Shown piece by piece: positions 33,076 through 44,870 of a DNA stretch of 64,000 nucleotides. A program made the translations under genes and the position numbers. Origin of the DNA: Anthoceros angustus (lineage: Eukaryota; Plantae; Anthocerotophyta); contig MU008151.1 of assembly GCA_010909165.1 (NCBI GenBank), positions 186,001 through 250,000 of the forward strand, read 5' to 3'. The stretch's first letter is position 1, and each line of letters begins with the position of its first letter. The notes beneath the pieces were generated by a model that saw only the letters and a program-made list of their open reading frames with translations, had not been told where the DNA came from and made no database searches.

Positions 33076-35023
33076 GCGGACAACCTGTACAAGCTTTACA
33101 AAGGTGGTCTTACAAGAAGAGCACAGGCAGAACCAGACCGTGTTTGGATATAGCCAGAGGCAAAAACCTTACAGGCAGAGCCTGTAGGGAGACAAAGAAC
33201 AAGCAACCCCCATCCAGCACCCACAAAAGTGAAGATCCTAAGGCAACTGGTGCTGAACGGGGCACAATTATTCCAGCTGTTCCAACCAGGGGTCCATGGG
33301 GGTTTCACGATGCCATCAATTGGAAGCTCATGGAAACCTTGGACTTGGTCTATATTCCAAATTACGTGACTTTTAAAATATATTAATATATAATTTATAT
33401 TTATATTTTTTTCTAGGGCAAAACACGCTTTTTTTTATATAACGCACACTAGACGCACCCACACTAGGCCTCCAAGTAGCCCGCCATCCTCCTATACCAA
33501 TTCCCAGCTGCTCATTAGGGACGTTGGACCATCTACCCATATACGAGGTTAGCCCTTGTAGTATTTAACTCTTTCCAACTCTCATTAAAGTTTCCTTCCA
33601 ACCTCATCAAACCTTCTCCACAAGAGTTTAGGAAGATTATTTGTAGACCGCTACTCTCACCCAAATATAGAGTGGGTTTTAAGTTTTTTTCTTCCCTACT
33701 ACCGTACCCCAAGGGGTGATTCGGCGTTAATTAATTAAAATTAGTAAAAGTTGAAAATCCAGAAATTATTATAGTTAAAATGTTGAATAGGTAAAAATTT
33801 ATGAGTTTATGATGCCGAAAATAAGGAAACTAGGGTTTGTGGAAAATTAGGGCCTATTTAGGGAGATCTATACATATCCATTAGTTTTATATATACCTAT
33901 ATATTTTAATAAATTTTGAAATTTGATAAAATTATTTTTTGTAAATGTTGAAATTTTGAAAAATATAAATATTTATGTTGAACCTTGTTTTTTTCAAAAA
34001 ATAATTATTTCGGCATTATCCTGTTGAACCACCCTTCGAGGTACGGTATGTACCTAACTTTCCCAAGCTAGGTTTTCTTAAGCTCTAAATAAACCTTAAT
34101 AACCACTATCTCAACTTATCAATTTTATTTCAGGATAATTTTGGGCTCCGTTTTACCTTCTTTATATGACTTCTTCCATAATTATTAATAGATATATTGA
34201 TAATTAATTCATTGAAGAGGACTACCATATTAGAAGTTTTTTGTTTGAAACACATTCATATTAACATCCTATATTGTAATTTGAAAATCTATTCTCCATA
34301 TGGCTTCTAACTTATTTAAAATATTCAAAAATATTTTATGGACGATGATTACATTAACAGCTTTCTTTCTTGGCCATTGTTCAGATTAGTTGTATTATAA
34401 CCTGCCTAGAGAGGGAATGTTACAACCATCAAGTGGTAGTCATCAAGAGGACCTCCTAGAGATATGTGGCTTGCAAACAATCCAAGTATTCTAATTTTCC
34501 AATTGGGGCGAGCTTCTGAGATACAAAAGGGTTAGCCTAAAAGCTTATGCTTTACATTGGGGATTGTGGAGATCTAGCTAGAAGAGCTAAGTTCTCATTG
34601 AGTCTAAGTGCCCTAGCCAAAGGGGCGTAATGGCTGGACTCTAATATGTACTTTGTGAATAAAGAGCAGCCTTTAGGAGGTCTTTTATGAGTCATTTGTG
34701 CGCGCTGGACTGCTGGGGGCCTAGAATTGTGTCGTGAGAAATAAAACGTTGTGAGATTTTTGTGCACATCTTGGAGCAGGAGTGAATTGGCGCGATCCAA
34801 GGCTGTTGGTTGTCCGGCACTTGCTACATATATCTTGGCTCCATAGTGAGAGGTGCTCCTAGGAGAACTATAAAATGAGATTTTGTCAAAAGTATTAGAT
34901 GGTTTTTTAAAGATACACATGCAGCGACATGATTTTGTGCATGCAAGACCAATGTACCATTAGGTCTCACACAGGAAAAGTTTGCGTGCTACGAAACGAG
35001 GAGCCTTCTTTCAAATCGTTATA

Positions 35024-36131
35024 ATGAAGTTTATATTATTTTGCATAGTATTATGTTGTTTAAGTTTGACAACAGAAGGGATTGGAATAAATTGGGGAAT
35101 GACTTCATCTCAACGCTTAGACCCATCATTTGCGGTTCAGTTAATTAAAAGATATGGCTTTGATCAAGTGAAATTTTTTTCACCAAATGCTGCAGCCTTG
35201 GATGCGCTAGCTTCATCTTCAGAAATCGGAGTGATGCTAGGAACTGAAAATTCTGATATAATTGCGTTTTCTCAAAGTGTCCATAATGCGACGAAATGGA
35301 TTCAAAAGAATGTAAAGCCATATAAACACCGTGGTACAAATATCATGTAAGGAGAAATTCATTGTAAACGTGAAGGTTTTGTATGAATTTCTTTTGTGGA
35401 ACACTAATTCAATCTTTTATTGCAGGTATATTGGTCTTGGGAACGAACCTCTTGCTACTTTCTGGAATCAAAATTTTGCTCCTATGTTACTCCCAGCCTT
35501 ACAAAATTTATATCAAGCTTTGAAGAAAGAAAATATGGCTGATACCATAAGGCTTACAATCCCTTTCAATTATGATGTTGTTTCAAGTTCGAGTATTCCA
35601 TCACAATCAACATTTCGTAGTGATCTATCATATGTTATGAAAGATATTGTAGCATTTTTAGATAAAATTGGAGGGGTATTTTCAATAAATGTATATCCTT
35701 TCTATGCTCTCGATAGTAATGATCAGATTCCTCTAGCATATGCTTTTGAATGCAACAAATTAACACAAATGCCATATCCTAGTTTATTTCAAGCATCATA
35801 TGACAGTGTAGTAGCAGCTTTAATGGATGTAGGTTATGGTAATATGCAAATCATAGTTGGAGAAACAGGATGGCCAACAAAAGGTGAGAAAAATGCAAAT
35901 TTACGTAAGGCGCATGCTTACAACCAACGGCTTATTGACTTTGCACAGAGTGGAAGGGGAACCCCAATGAGACAAAATGAAACATTGAACATATTTTTAT
36001 TTTCACTAGTTGATGAAGATCAGAAAATTTCATCCTCATTTGAACCGTATTGGGGGATAGCAGATATTCATGGGCATCCAAAATATAATTTATCTATAAC
36101 ACAAAAATATTCAAAACATATATGTGTATAG
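35024..36131 (+). CDS. GH17 glucan endo-1,3-beta-glucosidase with signal peptide; exons 35024-35346 and 35426-36131; degenerate X8-like remnant possibly to ~36480
   Basis: GIGINWG, YIGLGNEP (acid/base), FSINVYPFY, IIVGETGWPTKG (nucleophile), IFLFSLVDEDQK; GT-AG intron in frame. Confidence 0.88.
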
Positions 36132-36805
36132 TTGATACTGAACCATCCTACTGATTGCCGCAAAGATTTGTTATCTTCAATACAATATAGAAGGCTATAC
36201 TTTTGGGCAAAAATAAAGTTATTTTACTAAAATATTTAATATTTATTAGTTTATTAAAAAAACTAATATATTTTTTTGTCGAAAGTTTGTGTATAGATGT
36301 ATCCCTCGGCACTTGAGTGTACGAGTCCAACACCGAGTCAAGCGCGTCGCACTCGGGTTTGCAAGTTACACACCGCTTTGCTATCGATTGGATCTTAACA
36401 ATGCTTTTTCCATTGCATCACTTTTTTCCCGGTGGAACAAAAGCTATTGGCTTACTATTTCAAACTTACAGAGTGTGTAATTGGAGTAAAATAATTTTTT
36501 TTTTGTAAACTCTGTAAAAACTAATTTATTGTTAAAATTACACCTTTTCTAAAAATAAAATACTAAGTGAAGGGGCACTCAAACTGCAGCACCCTATCTA
36601 TGGTAGTCAATTTCGAGATAGAGACACTTAAGTATAGTGGTAAACAAGTTCAACTTATTGTAGATGTAATTTATATATTTCACAGTATTTTTTCAATTAG
36701 ATTGATGTTGAATTCTTAATTTCTAGAAAGTTTAAAATTTGAATTCTCAATTCGCTGGAAGACAAACAAACAAATTTATTTGAAGTGCACTAACGATGAA
36801 CATGC

Positions 36806-37446
36806 TGCCATGGCACTTGGTTCTCAGGGCAACTTGCTCAATGAAGTCAACTAGGCTAATAGCACTAGAGGCATTGCTCTCTAAGTACCCCATCCAGGTC
36901 TAAGTCATTGGTCTCTAGGTATGGTAGGTAACTACCCCATCCATGTCTGAGTCATGGGTCTCTAGGTACTCTAGGTACCCCTTCGCCATGGCACTTGGTT
37001 CTCCGCACAATTTGCTCCATGGAGTCAACTAGGCTACTAGCACCTGAGGCATTGCTCGAGGTACCTCATCCGTGTCCAAGGCATTGGTCTCTAGGTACCC
37101 AATTTGGGTCCGAGGCATTACTCTAAGTACCCCATCTTGGCCCCGAGGCATTGGTCTCAGGTACCCCATCCGGGTTGAGGCATTGCTTTAGGTACCCCAT
37201 CCAAGTCTGAGTCATTTCTCTCTAAGTGCTCTAGGTACCCCATCTAGGTCCGAGGCATTGGTCTTTAGGTACCTCATCTGGGTCCGAGGTATTGCTCTCT
37301 ATGTAGCCCATCCACGTCCGAGGCATTGGTCTCTAGGTACTCTATCCGAGTCCGAGTCTGAGGCATTGCTGTCTACGTACCCCATCCAGGTCCCCTTTGT
37401 TGTGTAGAGACGTTCTTAAGATGTGTGTGTCCATTTGGCTTAAGCC
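36806..37446 (-). mobile_element. Relative of the 5S-derived SINE whose C-box segment is expanded into a minisatellite
   Basis: Head TGGCTTAAGCCAAATGGACACACACATCTTAAGAACG matches the SINE head, followed by many GGATGGGGTACCTAGAGACCAATGCCTC-like units and ACCAAGTGCCATGGC (compare SINE ACCAAGTCCCATGAC). Confidence 0.6.
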
Positions 37447-37717
37447 ATTTGGAGGTCAAAGAGATCTACTCAACGATATATCTATTTTACTTATACATAA
37501 AGATGGGTTCACCTATCTAATTTTAATTTTATCATGTTACATGCGAATTAGCGTTGTTGTGGGTTTCTCATTCTCCACCGCTGTATAATCACAATTGGGT
37601 AAAACGACAACGATATTCTAGCATCGAAATGGTGTTCTAATATCGAAGTGGGTGTAAAACAACCACATGCCTGACAGATTCGAACTCTCGCAGACCAACC
37701 CATGTAGTTAAGTAAGC

Positions 37718-40440
37718 ACAACAACAACTTTATTTATGTCCACTAAACCTTTAACACCCCTTAACCAACAACAACAAAAACTTTATTTATGTCCACTAAG
37801 GATGGAAGAACCATCATGGGACAGAGATAGTACAGCGTAAAAGAGGTTTAAAAACCGAGTACACTTACGCACGTCGAACTAGAGAAGCAGACTGTATGAG
37901 GGAAGCGTAAAAGAAGGCAAAGACTACAAGGAGTCCAACAAGGACCGCCAAGATCAAGAAGCTCAGAGAGACATAGTCCAGAGCCTAGGAATGTGGAAAG
38001 AAAAAATCATGAGCGAGAAGCCGCACATTCAAAAGAAGAGAGTAACGAGACCGAATATCGCATAGGCGTGACAATAAAAGAGGAAGTGTGATTGATTCGT
38101 GGATCCAAGGAGCAAAGCTTGCATCCTATCGCCTTGGGAGGGGTAGGCTTGAGCCAACTCGGTCTCAATCCGGAGGTGGTGGGAGCTAACACGAAATTGA
38201 CCTATGAGTGTGCGGAGTTTGAAGGAAAGGGGGAACTAAGGAAGGTGGTAGGAAATTTACGAGGGAGGATTAACTGAGCCTGCCTTTGTAAAAGCGGAGT
38301 CTAGAAGTGAGAGGGGAAAAGGAAAGAGGGGACCAGTGAGGCGAAGGTATCTTAATTTAAGGGCCCCGAATGGAGTGGTTGGGGGATGTGAGAAAGGGGA
38401 GTTGGGAGGAGGGAGAGGCCAAGCAGGAGTCGAAAAGGTTCAAACTCGAATCTTCTAAGCCTGGCAGCTTGAGAAAGCCAAAGAAAAGAAGCTTGTGGGT
38501 CAAGATTGAGCCAGAGCGAGCGGAGGACCTAAAGGCAAGGAGGAGGTAAGGGGATCCAAAATGGGATTAGCAATATCAAGGAGGTGGAGGCGGTAAAGAA
38601 AGGATGAGAGACGAAAAAGGCCATCAAGTTCGAGGGGAAAGGCTGCAAATTCAGAAAGGAGGATGGGTAATGGAGTCAAACGCTTACAAGCAATGTGAGT
38701 GCGGAGAAAGGAAGATTGAACCTTTCCACCTTTGCCCAAGAAGAAGGGGAAAGATCCGGGCCCCAAATTTCAGCGCCATACAAGGCGGAGGGAATTACCA
38801 TAGTGTTGAACACCGCTCAAGATTGATATCCTCAAGATTCATCCTCAGATAAAAGAACGCAGCACGTATGAGCCCATCCCCTTGGTAGCGGGAGGAGGCG
38901 AGGAGGTCCAGTTAAATTTAGGACCAAAATAGTGATACCAGATAAGTATAGGATCGAACCATCTCCACCTCCCGACCATCATAATAAAATTTGCAATCAC
39001 CCTTGTAATCCCGAGTGTTGAACCGCATAATCTTGGTCTTGCAGATTGACAAAGAGACCCTTGGTTTTACAAAAAGGGATAAAACATCCATTGCTTTTCT
39101 CCGGAATGAGATAAAAGAACAATATCATCCGTGATATAGGAGGATAGGAATACTTTAAATAGCCGAGCACCGTGGTCGCCAGATCAAGAAGCCATTCCTC
39201 AAGCTCATCAATATACAACCCAAAGAGATTTGGGGACAAAGGGTCGCGAACGCCAAGTTGGATAGGGATCCGTGGGAAGACAAACCACGGGAGTCTTGAT
39301 TCGAGCAAAGACCCTTGTAGAGAAGGGTAGCAAGATGCCACAAATGAGGAGGCATCTTAAGAGATTGAAGTCTCACAAAACAACTTATCCCAAGGCACAG
39401 AGTTGAAAGCACGCTTAAAGTCAACAAAACAACAGTAGACGTGCTTCTTCAGATGTCGAGCCCCCTCAACAATAGCCCGGAGGGTAAAAAGATGATCCAA
39501 AGTATTCCGACCGGGGCGGAAACCGGCTTGGCCCCGAGCACGCACCTTAGCCTCCTCAGCCCAGGACGTAGTCAAGATCTCCAAACAAGAGCTAAAGATC
39601 TTAGCATAGATAGACTCCACGGTGATAAATCGGTAATTAGAAGGGAGATAAGGGTCGCCAGCCTTGAGAATGGAGTGGATATCATTCTCACACCAAGGAT
39701 CAGGGAAACCGAAAGACAAAGCATCATTAAATGAGAGGCAAGATGCGAGGAGAAGGAGGTAGAGTCAAGAACCGGAATAAATCCCTGTGGATACCATTAG
39801 GGCCGAGTCGCATCACCGAGCTTGACAGCACGGGCAACTAGATTGGCGTGAAAACCCGAGACCGTGATCGAGGAATCGAGGCAAGGAGGCGGAGGGATGT
39901 GGTAAAGACTATGAACATAGGAGAGGAGTTCAGAGTGGCTTTGAGAAGAATGGGTGAGCGGTGGAATTCCTTCCAAAAGGCGAGCCACCGGGACGCTCAA
40001 GAGAGATAAGACGGTGTGTGTTCTTGGATGAATTGGGACTTTTTCATGGAGATGAAGGCTTTGTAAGGCTTGATGCTGGCTTTGTAAAGAGCGGAATGAT
40101 GGGATCCGGGAGGAGATTAAGTTGGCGCAAAGTGAGATGTAATTGAGAGCGCATGCGCTACAATCCGCATCAAACCGTGGATGGCGGGGGTTGGTTTGCA
40201 CGGGAGGATGGCAAAATTTGAAAGGAAAAGTGGAGCGGGCAGAGGTGAGAACAGCAGAGGCGGAAGTGGCAGCGACAAGAAAAGGGAGGGTGGGGAATGG
40301 AAGCAAGGGAATGGAACCACTCGGCCAAAGCTTCTACTTGCAAAAAAAGAGGTGAATCGTAAAGATGTAACGCCGATAACCATTGAGGAGCTCCACGGTG
40401 GGCTACCAAGTCCGTCCTCGAGGAGCTCCCACTGTGGGCT
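37718..40440 (-). mobile_element. 5'-truncated, frameshifted non-LTR retrotransposon (RT plus C-terminal CCHC finger; RTE/RTEX- or L2/CR1-like) with (GTT)n tail
   Basis: RT motifs QAGFRPGRNTLDHLFTL, VYCCFVDFKRAFNSV and PLSPNLFGLYIDEL; C-terminal CKLCSL...H.LFYC remnant at ~38060-38130; tail AAATAAAGTT(T)nGTTGTTG. Confidence 0.85.
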
Positions 40441-40818
40441 ACCAAGTCAGCCCTCGGGAAAGCAAACATGTTGGTTTCCACGAGCCCGCGGGATTCGCAC
40501 CAGAGCGCAGCGATGGTGGGATTCGCAGCAATCGCGACAGACACGGGCACTAAACTCACGTGCACCTCCGGATGCTTGATTTCCGGAAAATGCCCAAGAA
40601 TCAGCGAGGTCAGCCTGGCTTGCCATCGGTTCCCGCGCTGTAGCAGCAGAAACCTGGCCGGCCGTGGACCAGCCTTGCACCAACCTTGCGGCCTACTGTA
40701 TATGATGCCAGTGTCCACCTCCACACCTCCATTCCACTGCACTGCTCCTCTCTTCCCACAGCCTTCCTTCCAGCACCAACCTCGCAGCTCCCTGAGGTCG
40801 ACGCGGAGCCCATCCGAC

Positions 40819-42140
40819 ATGGAGCGGCCCGCATCGTCCCGCTCCCATTCCCGCCGCCCGCCATCCCCATCTCCATCGCCTCTGCTCCTCCTGCTCCCTC
40901 TTCTCCTTCTGGCGCTCGCCGGCCTGGCCAAGTCGGCGGCTCAACCGGTGGAGGGGGTCTCGCTCAACGCCTGGGCCGACGCCGACCAGGTCCATGTGTC
41001 GCAGGTGGACCCGGATCTGGGCACCGTCTGGCCGCACGGGAGGGTGGAGCAAACGCAGCCGACCCTGACGTCGTGGGGTCGCTGGGGTGACGGTGAAGGT
41101 GATCACGAAGGCGGGTGGGCGTGGCAGCAAGTGGTTTGCCCGGCTCCCGTTCTGCCGGGGCCGGGTGTGGGTCGCGCTGAAGCCGAGCAGCAAGACGGAT
41201 CCCGCATCCTGCCCCGCCGGCGCTGTGGAAACGACCTCGTCGTGCGGGTTCACGGCATGCACCAAGCTCGCCCCGGGTGGCACGGCAAGCGGCTCGCGGA
41301 GCAGAGACGGGCGTACGACGAGGTCCTGGTCGACTCGGTGGGCGTTTTCAGCCATGGCAGCTTTCCTGCGCGACATCATCACGGGCATCATCACCCCACC
41401 GGAAGCACGCCCCGCGCCCACGCCTGCTCACTCTCCAGCTCCATCGCCCATGCATCATCACCACAAGGCGCCTGCTCCATCGCCAGTCCATCACCACAAG
41501 ACGCCGGCTCCGTCGCCTGTGCATCACCACAAGGCGCCGCCCATCGCCGGCTCACCACCACAAGGCGCCCACGCCGGCTCCGTCGCCAGCAGCCCATCAG
41601 CACAAGGCGCCGGCTCCGTCGCCAGCCCATCACCGCAAGGCGCCGGCTGCATCGCCAGCCCATCACCACAAGGCGCCGGCTCCATCGCCAGTCCATCACC
41701 ACCAAGTTCCGGCTCCAGCTCCTGCGCATGGTCACGGTCATGGGCACCATGCTCCGTCGCCTCGTAGTCACCATTACTCCAGATCGTTGCAATTGTCGGA
41801 GGTGTCGCGGCCCAGCAACTGGCATCATCCTTATTCCGAAGCTCCTGAGCATGGCGAGCATCCTCATGAGCATCTCGAGCACCCGCATCAGCCGGGGCAT
41901 CCTCATCCCACGGCGGGCCAGCCAAGGCTCCAGTGCCCCGCACCACGGCGACAACAGCTGCAACACCAAGTGGACGGTGGAGGCAACGTCATCGAGGTGA
42001 TGGACTACTCCAAGGAGGAACCCATGAAAGACTCCGCTTGGGAGGACAAGCCGGGCTGCAAGTTGGTTTCCAAGAACGAGGGAAATTGGCTTCTGGTATG
42101 TGTGAAATGTGCAGACGTGCCCTCCGGTAGCTACCCGTAG
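40819..42140 (+). CDS. Secreted His/Pro-rich protein (PAPSPxHHHK repeats) with Cys-containing N- and C-terminal domains; several frameshifts in this copy
   Basis: Hydrophobic signal LLLLLPLLLLALAGLAKSAA; GC3-rich frame VTVKVITKAGG...CGFTACTKLAPG; about 8 His/Pro repeats; C-terminus CNTKWTVE..NVIEVMDY..KPGCKLV..WLLVCVKCAD. Frameshift positions differ between the two arms. Confidence 0.65.
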
Positions 42141-42534
42141 GTGGCGAAGGCTATCGACAGCGGGGACGAGTCTGTCGAGTATGCTCTTCTTCCGTGAACT
42201 TGATGTCGATCCTAGTACCTACTGTTGATCGATAGGATCGGTTGTGGCCGTGCTGGATTATGAGCTTGCATCTTGCAAGCGACTGGCTTGATTGGAAGTT
42301 GAATTAAGAGAAGTGGATCCTGTGTCTCAAGATTGTCTGCTACCAGTCCCAACACGCGTTTAATGCCTACGCAACATTACATCTGGAGATAGGGTTTAGG
42401 GTTTGTTTGTTGGAAAGTGGACAGACAGGGCGACTTGCACCTCTTGAGATAGGGCTTAGGGTTTAATGTAGATGGCATGCAAGCCGCTGCCGTGAAATTG
42501 CTGTATGAGGAAGAAATGTTACTAACCGATGAAT

Positions 42535-43277
42535 AGCAATCCATTCCAAGCCTTCATCCACTTGGTCGATTCCATCTTCTTTAAGGTTAGGTTGCGGCTG
42601 CAAAGTGGCAGCTGGAGATCCCTTACAGGCTCCGGGTTTGTCTCCTGCTGGACAGAGGTTCAGGTTCAGAGCCCAGCAGCAAGTCGGTCACCTGCCCTGC
42701 CGGATCCGTGCAGACCAATTCGTGGTGCGGATTCACGACCTGCACCCAGCTCGCCCCTGGGTGGCGCGGCAAGCGGCTTGCGGAGAAGAAACAGCCATAT
42801 TCGCCAGGCAAGGGCAGGGGCCCGCACAAGGCTGGCTCCATCGCCTCGCCCGCCGTGGCCAGCGCCCAATTAAGGCTCCGACTCCAGCCCCAGGTATCGC
42901 TGCCCAGCAGTTGGCGTCATCCTTATTCGGAAGCGGTAGCTCGTGAGCATGCCGAACATCCTCAATACGAGCATCCTGAGCATCCCGAAAATCTGCACCC
43001 TTGGTATCCTCATCCCCAGGGCGGCTCAGGTAAGGACCCAGTGACCCAGCACCATGGCGATGAGATCTGCAAGTCCAAGTGGGCCGTGCAGGGGAACGTC
43101 GAAATCCAAGTCATGGACTACTCCTTTGTTGAAGGAGAAACCCGTGGAGGACAAGTCAGACTGTAAGTGGGTTCCCAACAAAGAGGATAATTCGCTTCTG
43201 GTTTGTGTGAAATGTGCAGACGAGCCCTCCAGTGGCTACCCGTCCGAGGTGAAGACTGCCGAGAGCGGCGACCAGCC
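42535..43277 (+). pseudogene. Chimera: sulfiredoxin fragment fused to a diverged, repeat-less paralog of the His/Pro-rich gene, interrupted at its 3' end by the SINE
   Basis: 42575-42660 is SRX intron-like; from ~42675 the sequence matches 41185 onward (CAGCAGCAAG...CGFTTCTQLAPGW) and the C-terminal CKSKWAVQGNVEIQVMDYS...LLVCVKCAD. Confidence 0.6.
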
Positions 43278-43485
43278 TGGCTTAGGCCAAATGGACACAC
43301 ATTTATAAGAACGCCGTGATTAAGCATCCTGAGCTCAGATGGGTACTTAGATGGGGTGCCTAAAGGGAGTGGATGCCCTTGGTGCAAGTAGCTTAGGCAC
43401 ACCATGGTACAAGTGGCTTAAGTACCAAGTCCCATGACGGAAATCCTTCCTTAGTGGACTGAAATAAAATTCTTCTTCTTCTTCT
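43278..43485 (+). mobile_element. 5S-rRNA-derived SINE (second copy)
   Basis: 43305-43368 aligns ungapped to plant 5S rRNA nt ~37-100 (41/64 identities by hand against a recalled 5S sequence); (TTC)n tail; short CTG duplication; the paralog at ~42160-42190 shows the empty site. Confidence 0.8.
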
Positions 43486-43949
43486 GTTGAGAATCCTCTT
43501 CTGCCGTCTTCATGATGTGGACTCGCAGTAGTTTACATCGACTGAGCTAAGAAGAGAAAAGAATAAGCTAAGGATATGATCCGTTTTGGCTTGTGCAACT
43601 TGCAAGCGCTTTGCTTCATTGCGATTAGAATGAAGAGCGTTGGCTCAGTCCTTATACATTTGTTAGAACTAAATAAGTAATGGTTTTGGAATTCAAGGCC
43701 TTAATCCCACGATTTCAATAAATCCTTTGGCTGTTGGCTGTTAACCTACTTGATCTTTGACCTTCAGTTTATATTTAAATATATAAGCTTTGGCTTTCTG
43801 CTTTCTATCTCTTGGATTTCTGAACGTGGGCTTTAGTCTTGTACCTCTTGACTTTCTTAATAATACATTCTCAGGATATTCTCGGTTTCATGAGAAGCTC
43901 TTCATAGAGCTTTCGATCATCAGCAGAACAACCTGAATTGCGGCAAGAG

Positions 43950-44530
43950 TTTTAATCTTGTAAGCTGCACGAGCTCTTAGCTTTGATGTAAGTCCGATAA
44001 AGCCTCTTGTATCCGAATGTCGAATGCGAGGATGCGCATACCTTGAATTTCAATAGGTTCAATCAAGAGGTGGATTCAGCTAAACCAGGAGCGGAGCAAG
44101 AGCAAGATATAGGATGGGTCTTTTCAGGGTAACAATATTTTGTGAGCTGCTGAATAGTCCGTGGATGGGCAAACAGGCGTGGCGATCCAGTGGCTACTAA
44201 ACATACAGCTGACTTGTGTATTTATGGCACGACAAGTTCAAGCTGTCACTGAATGTGAGTTCTTCCTAAACACTCACCATGCGCGTTTTTTCCATCGCGA
44301 TGTTGGTTCCAATCACGTTGGAGGTTATGAAGGAATGGGTGTTGAGCAATTTCTTGGAGGTTTGCATCACAAAAGTTACTGAACCCTGTAACTGTTTGGG
44401 TAACATTCAGATTACTTCTGCTACTGGTGCCAAGTGTATATGAAGGCGTCACATACCAACTGAAAGACAAGGGTTCAGACGTGCATAGTTTCTCCCTGAA
44501 GTCAGGTATGCGCATATCAAAGGACCAATG
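43950..44530 (+). pseudogene. Diverged fragment of the gene at 21900-22650
   Basis: Shared blocks such as TGAAAGA(T/C)AAGGGTTCA.ACGTGC.TAGTTT.TCCCTGAA...GGTATGCGCATATCAAAGGACC, with a ~130-bp deletion. Confidence 0.75.
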
Positions 44531-44870
44531 GAAAGGAGAAAAAGTTCCTCTCGTTCCTCGTCCCGGTTGCAAAGCAAAGCTGAGCTGTAGGCGGTTGTAG
44601 TGTTTCATCCAATCCGTTCAAATTCCTGCCGCTGAGTGAACTTCAAACCCGACAGTCGATCTGGGTAACTTGCCGGATATTTTGTGGAATTTGGAGCTCG
44701 AAAACCAGCGACAGTACAAGAATATGGGAAGCCGAACGGGATGCACCGAATTGAATGGGCCACGGAATACCTTTGTTACTCCAAGGTTCAAGATTGCAGT
44801 GAAGAAATCTGCTGTAACCCGGAGACTTCATCGAGAGCTGCCTGTACAGGCCGAATGGAGGCACGTCGAC

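Noticed and set aside
37640-37717. tRNA or tRNA-SINE on the minus strand (GTTCGAATC B-box-like)
   Set aside because: No A-box or cloverleaf can be traced; any 5' half would be displaced by the LINE tail. Too weak to call.
42390-42460. Interstitial telomere (TAGGGTTTAGGGTTT; AAACCCTA also at ~8295 and ~31870-31920)
   Set aside because: Only 1-2 units each, consistent with common telo-box motifs rather than telomeric arrays.
43278-43485. Functional 5S rRNA gene or Cassandra TRIM
   Set aside because: Only about 64% identity over part of 5S, with no 5S termini or rDNA array. There are no paired LTRs, PBS or PPT; it has a LINE-type tail instead.
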